DNA from: an uncultured archaeon
GTDB lineage: Archaea; Asgardarchaeota; Heimdallarchaeia; Heimdallarchaeales; Heimdallarchaeaceae
Assembly: GCA_964590855.1 (NCBI GenBank)
Contig: CAZPXJ010000002.1
Location: 21,814 to 85,813, forward strand
Length of the DNA stretch: 64,000 nucleotides
Reading direction: 5' to 3'
The position numbers and the translations under genes were made by a program. Each line of letters begins with the position of its first letter. The first letter of the stretch is position 1. Below, piece after piece: positions 35,163 to 43,779 of the stretch. Below the pieces are notes generated by a model that made no database searches, had not been told where the DNA came from, and saw only the letters and a program-made list of their open reading frames with translations.

Positions 35163-36047
35163 CTATTCCAAACGAATACTTCTTCTAATGGCCGTCATTG
35201 TCTCTGTTGCCATTAATCTATTATTTGGGTCTTCATCATTTCTAGCGATTTCCCCCAATATTTCAATAGCCTGAGGTTCTTTTAAAACCCCAATATTACT
35301 TATTGCTTCAAAACGAACTCTAGAATGTGGATCATCTAATGCTCGTAAATTGATTTTATACATGTTGGGGTCTTCTATTTCTCCGATATCAATTAATTTT
35401 CTCAGTTCTTGAAGGGCAAGTAATCTTATTTCCCAATCTTCGTCTTCATAAGCTTTATCTAAATGAGGAACCGGATTTCCTTCAACTCTATATGTCAAAA
35501 ACTCAACAACGACTTCTCTGACCAACTTATTCACATCTAAAATGAATCTAGCTACCAAGGAAGCTGGGACTTTTATCGGAAATTGTAACAAGGTAGTTTT
35601 AGATTCTTCTCTTACAGATTCAGAATCATCTTTCAAAGTTTCAAACAAAGGTTCGATTATTGACATATCATCGAAGTTCTTCAAGTCTCTTGCAGCAGAA
35701 AATCTGACTTGGGGATGTTCATCTTTGAGACCAAAGATTAGAAATTGGACCGTATCAGGATTACTATGCTTTCCAAAAGATGAAATCGCTGCTGCTCTCA
35801 CTTCCCAATCTGTATCTTCCAATGCCTGAGCTAATGGAGCAGATGATTTACTGAATTCTACCTCACCAAGAATTTCTGCTGCATAACTTCGAACATCTGT
35901 ATCCTTGTCTCTCAAAGATTGAATAAGTGCTTGAATAGCTATATCGTGATTCTTATGAGGAATAAGTTGTTCTAAAGCAAGCTGTCTTAAAGCAGGATTG
36001 TCATTTGCAAGAAGTTTAGTGATTTGAAGGATTTGATCATCAGACAT
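35163..36047 (-). CDS. HEAT (PBS-lyase-like) repeat protein, about 7 repeats
   Basis: Repeats include DKDTDVRSYAAEILGEV, DTDWEVRAAAISSFGKH, DEHPQVRFSAARDLKNF, DEDWEIRLLALQELRKL and DPHSRVRFEAISNIGVL. Confidence 0.7.
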   Translation of the reverse strand: MSDDQILQITKLLANDNPALRQLALEQLIPHKNHDIAIQALIQSLRDKDTDVRSYAAEILGEVEFSKSSAPLAQALEDTDWEVRAAAISSFGKHSNPDTVQFLIFGLKDEHPQVRFSAARDLKNFDDMSIIEPLFETLKDDSESVREESKTTLLQFPIKVPASLVARFILDVNKLVREVVVEFLTYRVEGNPVPHLDKAYEDEDWEIRLLALQELRKLIDIGEIEDPNMYKINLRALDDPHSRVRFEAISNIGVLKEPQAIEILGEIARNDEDPNNRLMATETMTAIRRSIRLE

Positions 36048-36185
36048 ATTTCCACCTCGAAACTGAAGGATATCTATTAAAAATTAGTTTTTTGGAAATT
36101 TAAGCGTAGTGGAAGTGTTCAGATAGGTAACAAATCTTATTGCAAAATTTTATATAAAATTGTAGTTTCTCTACATATCGTCTAG

Positions 36186-36199
36186 CTTCTTGCAAGAAG
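36186..36199 (+). promoter_or_regulatory. Perfect 14-bp palindrome CTTCTTGCAAGAAG between a TATA-like box (TTTTATATAAAAT, ~36146-36158) and the transporter start codon
   Basis: Read directly. It is either an operator or a 5'-UTR hairpin. Confidence 0.3.
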
Positions 36200-36209
36200 G
36201 GATTAACAA

Positions 36210-37652
36210 ATGCTAACAAACAGACAGAAGTTTTACTATGCCATCTGCAGATTCGGCTCTACTATTTTGTTAAATATGGTTTTTGTAGCAACTTTCTGGA
36301 TGTATACAAATGAAGTTGAACTAGATCCTATCCTGAACGGAGTAGGAAATGCGGTTGGGAAGTTAGTAATCGGAATATCCTCTCTAGTTTTTGGGTATTT
36401 GTCAGATTCTCTGTCCTCCTCAACGTCAAAATTAGGTCGAAGAAAATTGTTCATCTGGACAGGAGCACCTGCTCTAGCTGTTTCTTTTGTTATGCTTTTT
36501 ACTCCACAGTTTTTCATCCCTGCAGGAAGTCAAGCAATGAAATTTACTTGGTTGCTTGTATGGAATGCAACATTTCATTTATTCTATGGGTATCTTCTAA
36601 TTCCATTTCAAAGCTGGATGCCTGAAATAACAAATGAAGAAGAAAGAGTTCAAGTGTCAGCTCTTCAAAACTCAGTGAATTTGATTGGTAGTGCGGTCGG
36701 GTCAGGATTTGTTATAATTATGTCTGGTTTTATAGCTGATTCTCCTCAGAATATTCTTGCTGGTTATCTGTTCTCTACTCCTCAAGAAATCACTCTATCA
36801 GTTTTCACAACAGGATTACCGACTGGTATTTACGGTCCAGCAGGTACTACTCTTCTAATATTTGCTTTAGTATTTGCGGTTGTTGAAATATTGGTGTTTC
36901 TACCTGCATTATTAAAGATTAAAGAAAAGAAAATAGTTCACACTGAAAAGAGAAAAATATTTAAAGAATTAAAAATTGCATTCAAAAATCGTAATTATAT
37001 GATTTGGGTTGGGAGTTTTACTATTCTAAATATAGGCGTGACAGTTATGACAGCTCTTCTAATTGATTTCTTGGAAAAAGTTGTAGGTGTAGAAAGTGCT
37101 ATACAAAAGACTCTTTTCGGAGCAATTATGTTTTTGATTATTATCATTAGTTTCATTTTTTGGTCAAGGTTTTCCAAGAGATTTGGAAAGAAATGGTCAC
37201 TTATCTTATCTTTCAGTTTCCTTCTGATATGGATGCCTTTAACCCCCTTAGTTGGTGTAATTAAAGTAATTCCACCCATTGTTCAAGGTTACATATTTAG
37301 TGGCGTTGCAATGTTTGGGCTCTCATCTGCCTATCTGTTTCCATATGCAATACTAGCAGATTTTGCAGACGCAGATGAACGAAAAACTCAAGAAAATCGT
37401 TCTGGATTATATACAGGTTTCAAAAGCTTACCTTTCAATATAGCTCAAGCCGCTGGATTCCTTCTTGCAGGACTAATTCGAAAATGGCCAGATGGTTTGA
37501 GATGGTTGGGTACAATAGTTGCACCTTTCTTACTACTTGCCATTCCTATTATATGGCAAGGAGATTTTGATCCTTTTATGAAAGATGAAAAGGTAAAGAA
37601 AACTTCGATATTCAAACAAATATTCAATAAAAATAACGAGGAAAAAGATTAG
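36210..37652 (+). CDS. GPH-family (glycoside-pentoside-hexuronide:cation symporter-like) MFS transporter
   Basis: It has 12 TM helices. The motifs YLSD..S..LGRRKLFIWTGAPALAVSFVMLF and D.ADADERKTQENRSGLYTG are typical of MelB/GPH carriers. It is a paralogue of 47647..49104. Confidence 0.75.
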   Translation: MLTNRQKFYYAICRFGSTILLNMVFVATFWMYTNEVELDPILNGVGNAVGKLVIGISSLVFGYLSDSLSSSTSKLGRRKLFIWTGAPALAVSFVMLFTPQFFIPAGSQAMKFTWLLVWNATFHLFYGYLLIPFQSWMPEITNEEERVQVSALQNSVNLIGSAVGSGFVIIMSGFIADSPQNILAGYLFSTPQEITLSVFTTGLPTGIYGPAGTTLLIFALVFAVVEILVFLPALLKIKEKKIVHTEKRKIFKELKIAFKNRNYMIWVGSFTILNIGVTVMTALLIDFLEKVVGVESAIQKTLFGAIMFLIIIISFIFWSRFSKRFGKKWSLILSFSFLLIWMPLTPLVGVIKVIPPIVQGYIFSGVAMFGLSSAYLFPYAILADFADADERKTQENRSGLYTGFKSLPFNIAQAAGFLLAGLIRKWPDGLRWLGTIVAPFLLLAIPIIWQGDFDPFMKDEKVKKTSIFKQIFNKNNEEKD

Positions 37653-37771
37653 TAGTTGAATACACCATTCTTAGCAGCTAGAGTAAGCTGATTGATTATA
37701 GAGTATTCAGTTGCTAGATTCTTTATTTGTTCTGCGATTTTTTGTTTTTCAGTTTTGACTTTCATTGCCAT
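37649..37771 (-). CDS. Possible 40-aa small protein (MAMKVKTEKQKIAEQIKNLATEYSIINQLTLAAKNGVFNY)
   Basis: It is an ATG-initiated ORF below the track cut-off. GGTG lies ~8 nt upstream of the ATG. Its stop overlaps the convergent transporter stop. There is no homology evidence. Confidence 0.25.
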   Translation of the reverse strand: MAMKVKTEKQKIAEQIKNLATEYSIINQLTLAAKNGVFNY

Positions 37772-37996
37772 TTTTTTGCACCTATCATAACATAAACACC
37801 TCTTTATTAAAGGATTATTTTAATTAATTAGAGTATGAGTTAAACTAAGGGGTCGAATCACATAACCAGATTCTAGAACAAATAAGTACTGTAATTAAGA
37901 GAATTATATAAAAAGTACATGAGTTAAACCAAAAGGTTAAAGCTTGAAAAAATGGATAACTCACAAAGTTTAAGATACAAATAGAAAAGTTAACCC

Positions 37997-38833
37997 ATGA
38001 AAGAATGGACTCTGATTTCTTGGAATGTAAATGGAATTCGAGCTGTTTCGAAGAAAAAAGTACATGAAGAGCTAACCTTCAACGAATGGTTGCATAAGAC
38101 TTCTCCCGATGTATTGTGTCTTCAAGAAACTAAAGCTCATCCTGAACAATTAAATACCAAGCTTCTCAACCCTCAAGGCTTTCTCAGTAATTGGTCTTCC
38201 GCTGAAAGAAAGGGTTACAGTGGTGTTGTCACTTATTCCAAAATTAAACCATTGAGAGTAGATACAGTTCTACTCTCTGAAAAGTACAATAATGAAGGAA
38301 GAGTAATGGAAACAGAATTCTCAGATTTTATTTTGTTGAATGTTTACTTTCCCAATGGAAAGTTAAATGCAACTAGATTAAAATACAAAATGGGATTCTA
38401 TGATTCTTTTCTTGAACATGTGATCAATCTGAGAAATGAAGGAAAATCAGTGGTTATATGTGGGGATGTAAATACTGCTCATACCGAGATAGATTTGTCC
38501 CATCCTAAATCTAACCAAGATGTTTCTGGTTTCCTACCAAAGGAACGCAAATGGATTGATAAATTGATATCAATGGGCTTTGTAGATACATTCAGGCACT
38601 TCAATAAAAATCCAGAACACTATACTTGGTGGTCCGTTAGGAATATTCACAATGGTGTTACTGCTAGAGAGAGAAATGTTGGCTGGAGGATTGATTATTT
38701 CTTCATATCGGATGATTTACTAGATAATCTAGTTGAATCAAAAATGATGACCGAAGTGATGGGATCAGATCATTGTCCAATAAGAATTAAATTAAAATTT
38801 AATTATCGTATGGAGACGAAATCGCATGGCTGA
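37997..38833 (+). CDS. xth: Exodeoxyribonuclease III / AP endonuclease
   Basis: It has LISWNVNGIRA, LCLQETK, VICGDVNTAH, the WW..R..N.GWRIDYFF block and GSDHCPI. Confidence 0.9.
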   Translation: MKEWTLISWNVNGIRAVSKKKVHEELTFNEWLHKTSPDVLCLQETKAHPEQLNTKLLNPQGFLSNWSSAERKGYSGVVTYSKIKPLRVDTVLLSEKYNNEGRVMETEFSDFILLNVYFPNGKLNATRLKYKMGFYDSFLEHVINLRNEGKSVVICGDVNTAHTEIDLSHPKSNQDVSGFLPKERKWIDKLISMGFVDTFRHFNKNPEHYTWWSVRNIHNGVTARERNVGWRIDYFFISDDLLDNLVESKMMTEVMGSDHCPIRIKLKFNYRMETKSHG

Positions 38834-39611
38834 AATAGTTGAACTATTAGATAGAGACGATAAGAGGTTCTGGGACTATGTTCTTAAAGATGTTCCATAC
38901 AATTTCTTCTTTATACTTGATTTAAAACAATATCCTGAAAATAGTCATTTTTTCATGGCATTAGAAAATGATTGCATAGTTGGTCTGTGCCTTATATGGA
39001 AACATCAGGTTGCTCATGTTCGGGGTAAAAATGAAGACGTTGTGAAAACTCTATTCAATGCAATTCCAAAAGAGATTCCGATTACACAAATAAACTTTGA
39101 ATATAAATACAAGGCATTGTTAAAAGATTTAATTCCGAATCCGAAACATGAAATATCCATGCATAGAATGATGCTAAATAAAGAAAAAATTCTTCCTCGA
39201 TTTCCTTTAGATAAGCCATTTACTCAACGAAAACTAACCGAAGAAGATGCACCTCTTATTGCTGAACTTATGGCAAAAGCAGATCCCAAATTCTGGGGCA
39301 ACATGAAAGCCAGTTCTTTCACTTTCGATGAAAATAATATTTATACAGGACTATTTGATGGACAGCAATTAATTTCTTACACTTTAGCTTGGATCGATGA
39401 GGATGCAGCCATTATAGCAACTGCTGTTACACATCCCAAATATCAGAACCAAGGATTAGCTACATATTTGGTCAATGAGAGTATTCACACAATGATGGAT
39501 CGTACAGATATAGCGATTATACACGTGGTTACTGATAATGAACCGGCACTCAAAGTATACTCAAAAGTTGGTTATGAAGTATATGCAACCTTTGCGATGG
39601 TAGGAATATAG
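38826..39611 (+). CDS. GNAT-family N-acetyltransferase
   Basis: The C-terminal acetyl-CoA-binding pattern is TAVTHPKYQNQGLATYLV (Q/R-x-x-G-x-A). It overlaps the xth stop by 8 nt. Confidence 0.65.
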   Translation: MAEIVELLDRDDKRFWDYVLKDVPYNFFFILDLKQYPENSHFFMALENDCIVGLCLIWKHQVAHVRGKNEDVVKTLFNAIPKEIPITQINFEYKYKALLKDLIPNPKHEISMHRMMLNKEKILPRFPLDKPFTQRKLTEEDAPLIAELMAKADPKFWGNMKASSFTFDENNIYTGLFDGQQLISYTLAWIDEDAAIIATAVTHPKYQNQGLATYLVNESIHTMMDRTDIAIIHVVTDNEPALKVYSKVGYEVYATFAMVGI

Positions 39612-39634
39612 GCTAAATTTCATCAACTAAAATT

Positions 39635-40897
39635 TTATTTTTTCTTTGTTTTTATCATAAGAAAATCTGGGAGGGTATCATTATCCATATATGCTTGTCT
39701 TGGATATTTTTCTACTATCTCTTCAGAAGCTTTGGGTTCACTCATCGCTATAATTTCTAAATTATTTTTTACTAATGCATTTACATATTTACTAATAGGT
39801 CTAGGAAAAGCAAGTGAAGGTACATTCCATCCAAATTGAAGTAAAGTCGGTCTTTCATCAAAATAATCTAAAGAAATTTTGCGTTTATCTTCATTTCTTT
39901 GACTATCAGTAGGAACTCGCATAGATGTTGTTGCTGGCCAAGCAAAAGCAGGATGAGCGATACTGAAAACAAATATTCCCCCTCCTTTCAACACAGTTGA
40001 GATATTCTTGATTGTGGTTTCATAATTAGCAATATCCATCAAAGCCATATTACAAACAACCTTATCAAAAGTATCATTTCCGAATTCTTTTTCCAGATCT
40101 TCGGCAGCCATTTTAATATATTTAATACCCAATTTATATCTTTCTTCTCTTTCTTTGGCTCTATCAATCATTTTCGAAATGTCAATACCAGTTACTTTAA
40201 CTCCTAGTTTGGCTAGATGTCTTGCAATCGTTCCCTCACCACACCCAACATCCAAGATTGATTCATTTTCTTGTGCATCAAGTAATCTGTATACTTCGGG
40301 TAGAATTATAACGGTATGGTGATATTCTCCCTCATCCTCCGGTGATACCCAATATTGAGCCATTTTATCCCATGTAGATTTTGGCGAATAATCGTCCAAA
40401 GAATTTAACCTTGTATGTCTGGGTGCATCTCCAAGATAAAGAATTCTTTCTGATCCCCAAGCTTTGTGAGGAAATACTTGTTGTTGTTTTTCTTTATAGA
40501 TTGGCATCCAAATTACGGTATCCTCTTTTGGTTTCAGGTCTCCAATTTGGTATGGATGTTTTCCATCATATTCTGCAAAATCTAAAGCTGGATTTAGAGA
40601 ACCGCACTTATGACATGGAATATTGTAATAGTAATCATAAATGAGGAATTTTTCTCTTACCATTTTTTCTTCTGTACATCTAAGACATGTAAGTACTTTG
40701 CAGTCAGAGCACCATGCAATTCCATTAAAGTGAGTTAACTTACCACAATTGGCACATTCATATTTCCAATGAAGATGACAGCGGGGAGTGAAAGAATCAA
40801 TGTCTTGAGATGCGAAGTTTTGAGGATAGTCTTGTGCAATTTTTGCATATTCAGAACAATAGAAACACGCTTTGTACTCTGGATTAGCCATAAACAC
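39635..40897 (-). CDS. Cys-rich (multi CxxC zinc-ribbon) N-terminal domain fused to a class I SAM-dependent methyltransferase
   Basis: It has five CxxC pairs in the first ~100 aa (CFYC, CANC, CSDC, CLRC, CHKC). The MTase motif I is ILDVGCGEGTIARHLAKLGVKVTGIDIS. Confidence 0.7.
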   Translation of the reverse strand: MFMANPEYKACFYCSEYAKIAQDYPQNFASQDIDSFTPRCHLHWKYECANCGKLTHFNGIAWCSDCKVLTCLRCTEEKMVREKFLIYDYYYNIPCHKCGSLNPALDFAEYDGKHPYQIGDLKPKEDTVIWMPIYKEKQQQVFPHKAWGSERILYLGDAPRHTRLNSLDDYSPKSTWDKMAQYWVSPEDEGEYHHTVIILPEVYRLLDAQENESILDVGCGEGTIARHLAKLGVKVTGIDISKMIDRAKEREERYKLGIKYIKMAAEDLEKEFGNDTFDKVVCNMALMDIANYETTIKNISTVLKGGGIFVFSIAHPAFAWPATTSMRVPTDSQRNEDKRKISLDYFDERPTLLQFGWNVPSLAFPRPISKYVNALVKNNLEIIAMSEPKASEEIVEKYPRQAYMDNDTLPDFLMIKTKKK

Positions 40898-40943
40898 TAT
40901 GAGGTGGAATATTATAAAAAATAATCTATAAAAAAGTATAAAA

Positions 40944-41846
40944 TTAGTTTCCTGTTTTTCTTTTTATTCTTTTTTTTCTATTTAAAATAACTAATGAAAT
41001 GATGGACAATCCAACTAAAATCAAGTTATTGTATTCTACCAGCCATATGTCACTGGATGAATAACCGATTTCTATAATTTTTTCTTCGATTCTTTCATTT
41101 TCCCAAATCCAAGAATACTTAAAACCATTTTCTATCTCTTCAATTTCTGGTTCCTTATTGATCCAGTTAGTTTCATTATAACTATAACAAGAATAACTAT
41201 GAGGTTGTTTTCCGTTTATAGAAAATGTCACAGTTTCAGTGATGTTCCCGTTCCATGCTGCTGCAGTACCAACATCATAGTAGAATCCGTATAAATCCAT
41301 ATTTCTATCCATGGTGGGGTAAGAAATCACATCAAAACAATATCGTATGGTTGTATTCGAATATCCAACGAATGTGACATTGCTTAACGCTAAATACCTC
41401 AAATACCAATTTACGTCGAAATATTCTTCCCAAATTGTATAATTCTCATTTATCTCATATAACTCAAATACTTCGTATTCGAGAACAGTATTTTCTACTT
41501 TAATTTCTATTAAATCCATCATATCTTCATTAAATGAGAAAAATGGTGCGCCTATCATCGATTCAATAGTTTCATTTGGATTAAAAATTGTATAATTTCC
41601 ATCAAAAACAATTCTAAATTGACCTTTCTCCCCAAAAGTCTCATCTATAAAGAATAGAACATCAGCATTTATCATTTGTAAGTTGGTGTTATTTACTGGT
41701 AACAATCCTCCTGCTGCATCGAAAGATACTTCAACAGTATTAGCAGTTCCTAAGTACGACGCATCAGTATTTCCTATGAATGAAATGATCAGAGTTATGA
41801 AAATAAAAAAGCACTTTTGCTTTATTCTTTGTTGCATATTTATCAC
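40944..41846 (-). CDS. Secreted, C-terminally membrane-anchored protein of unknown function
   Basis: It has a signal peptide (CFFIFITLIISFIGNTDA), an N-x-S/T-rich ecto-domain and a TM (LILVGLSIISLVIL) followed by NRKKRIKRK. Confidence 0.5.
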   Translation of the reverse strand: MINMQQRIKQKCFFIFITLIISFIGNTDASYLGTANTVEVSFDAAGGLLPVNNTNLQMINADVLFFIDETFGEKGQFRIVFDGNYTIFNPNETIESMIGAPFFSFNEDMMDLIEIKVENTVLEYEVFELYEINENYTIWEEYFDVNWYLRYLALSNVTFVGYSNTTIRYCFDVISYPTMDRNMDLYGFYYDVGTAAAWNGNITETVTFSINGKQPHSYSCYSYNETNWINKEPEIEEIENGFKYSWIWENERIEEKIIEIGYSSSDIWLVEYNNLILVGLSIISLVILNRKKRIKRKTGN

Positions 41847-41865
41847 ATATACTCCGTTATACTCT

Positions 41866-42483
41866 CTAATATTTCTTTCCCCTAATAAAGAACCAGTATT
41901 TACTTACATTAATCTCTTCTATATTAAAACCAATTTCCTCAAGATATTTTTTGTACATCTCTTCATCCTGATTCTTTATACTAGTTCCATAACCTGTACC
42001 AAACACCTCTTTTCCAGGCAGTGATATACGAAGTGTAATAATGAAAGTTTTCTTGTCAGTATGTATTATTGAATCCCAAATCCAAAGTTCTCCGCCTAGA
42101 GAAAGAACACGGTAAATTTCTTTAATCGCTTGTTCTTTATCTTTATGGCTCATATACATCCCACTAAAGAAAGAAGTAGCATTATCAAATTCCTCATCTT
42201 CGAATGGTAAATTTAGAGCATCAGCTACCATCCAATTAGCATCTGGTGCCTTGTCAAATGCTTCATCAATTTCATCTTGACGTATATCTATTGCAGTCAC
42301 TCTCTTACCTCCCACTTGAGCTATAACGCCTTCACCACCAGCTCCAATATCAATAATAGATCCTTCTGGGATTTTCTCAATTATTATTTGTTGAAATGGC
42401 GTAACTTGAGTTTTTTCTGGGTCAACTCCTGGTATTTCAGGAATTTCTTCGTTTGATTTGTTATCTTTGTTTATATAACTCAC
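41866..42483 (-). CDS. Class I SAM-dependent methyltransferase (Methyltransf_11-like)
   Basis: It has IIDIGAGGEGVIAQ, VTAIDI and LNLPFEDEEFDNATSFFS..LSLGGELWIWD. Confidence 0.7.
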   Translation of the reverse strand: MSYINKDNKSNEEIPEIPGVDPEKTQVTPFQQIIIEKIPEGSIIDIGAGGEGVIAQVGGKRVTAIDIRQDEIDEAFDKAPDANWMVADALNLPFEDEEFDNATSFFSGMYMSHKDKEQAIKEIYRVLSLGGELWIWDSIIHTDKKTFIITLRISLPGKEVFGTGYGTSIKNQDEEMYKKYLEEIGFNIEEINVSKYWFFIRGKKY

Positions 42484-42686
42484 CTTATTGCTACAAATAG
42501 TTTCGATTGGTCACTTATTTTGAATGTTGTGGACCCTTTATATTAACATAAAACCTAGTTGCAAACGCTTTTTCATTATTTTGCAAAGCAGGGGACCTTA
42601 TTGGATGGGACACTATATAAGAACATCCTACCTTCTGGGCAATCGAAATGACCTTTATTTCTAATGGAACAAAAATTGTTGTAAAA

Positions 42687-43364
42687 CTATCTGTTTACGA
42701 TACCTACTCCCCTAATTCCTCTAGTAGCTATCCAATCAATGATTATGTCTCTGAGTTCTTGAATGCCCTCTAGAGTTGCACATGATGTATTAAGTGTTTT
42801 AATGTGATTGATATCAATTGGTAAAGCATGATCACTAGCATATTCTAAGATTGTTGAAGTTACATTCGCAATATTCTTCTCATCAGGTTTATCAAGGTCA
42901 ACTTTGTTGGAAACAAGAACTATCAAGGTATCTTCATATATCCATTCTTTTGCTATGGCAAATCTTAACCAAATCTCCAAAGATTCAAGTGTACTGAATC
43001 TAGTTACATCATAAATTAATAGAAGTACGGAAATCCTCAACAATGCTGGAAAGCAATCGAATACGGAAAGAATCTCATCGAATGTTGTACTCTTATCAGA
43101 AATCTTCTGTCTTTGACCTGGAAAGACATAAAACTGAAGAGTGGTTGTAATCGGTAAATTATCAATAGCAACTTTTTCACTACTGAATTCAATCTCTATA
43201 TTGTAAGATTTTTTTGTTTTTAGTAGTAACTTCTTTAAATCTTCATCTGAAAGATCCGGATTGATAAGTAGTCGTGAAAGGACAGATTTACCTGTAAACC
43301 CGTCACCTAGTGGGATAACCGCTCCTGTAGCATAGTGTTTTAGTTCATCTGCCATATAATTCAT
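42687..43364 (-). CDS. Ras-superfamily small GTPase (Rab/Roc-like), divergent G3
   Basis: G1 is GDGFTGKS, G4 is NKVD and G5 is SCA. G3 reads VFPGQ, so the usual Asp of DxxGQ is absent. There is an insertion after switch II. Confidence 0.7.
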   Translation of the reverse strand: MNYMADELKHYATGAVIPLGDGFTGKSVLSRLLINPDLSDEDLKKLLLKTKKSYNIEIEFSSEKVAIDNLPITTTLQFYVFPGQRQKISDKSTTFDEILSVFDCFPALLRISVLLLIYDVTRFSTLESLEIWLRFAIAKEWIYEDTLIVLVSNKVDLDKPDEKNIANVTSTILEYASDHALPIDINHIKTLNTSCATLEGIQELRDIIIDWIATRGIRGVGIVNR

Positions 43365-43519
43365 CCAATGTCAATTGATTTGCTGAATTGATTCACATAT
43401 ATATTCATGATAATCGAATAAAATTCTTTGCAAAGTAACAATCAATAAACCTTCCTGAATATTCAGTTAGCAGTTATCTCTAGTAACACTTCCTTGTTAC
43501 CATTTTCTATAAGTACCCT

Positions 43520-43765
43520 CTATAATAGGCTCTTGATTTTTTCTGCACTGATAACTCTCCCTTCACTCACAACTTTTCCATCAATTCTCAAAGCTGGAGT
43601 CATGAAGACATCTAAATCAGCGAATTTAGTGATGTCAGTAAAGTGCTCAACTTCATATTCTGCAGTTTTACCTGCTTCATCGACAGCCTGTTTGGCCATT
43701 TCAAATTGTTTTTCGCATTTACTACATCCTTTTCCTACAATTTGTATTAATTTTATTTCTGTCAT
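43520..43765 (-). CDS. Small redox-active disulfide protein (thioredoxin fold, redox_disulf_2 type)
   Basis: It is 81 aa with IQIVGKGCSKCEKQFE (CxxC) and a conserved C-terminal TPALRIDGKVV block. Confidence 0.8.
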   Translation of the reverse strand: MTEIKLIQIVGKGCSKCEKQFEMAKQAVDEAGKTAEYEVEHFTDITKFADLDVFMTPALRIDGKVVSEGRVISAEKIKSLL

Positions 43766-43779
43766 AATTTCACCTTTTT

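Noticed and set aside
42532-42660. Three copies of GACC(C)TT(T)AT spaced ~60 nt apart, plus a TTGCAAA-N14-TTTGCAA inverted repeat, in the 203-nt gap downstream of the GTPase gene. I considered an sRNA or a regulator array.
   Set aside because: The motifs are short (8-10 nt) and degenerate in AT-rich DNA, so chance occurrence is plausible. There is no convincing stable fold and no C/D or H/ACA boxes.
43455-43466. A perfect 12-bp palindrome CTGAATATTCAG between the thioredoxin-like gene and the GTPase gene.
   Set aside because: It is a loop-less AT-rich palindrome with no second copy and no adjacent T-tract or TATA spacing that would assign it a role.
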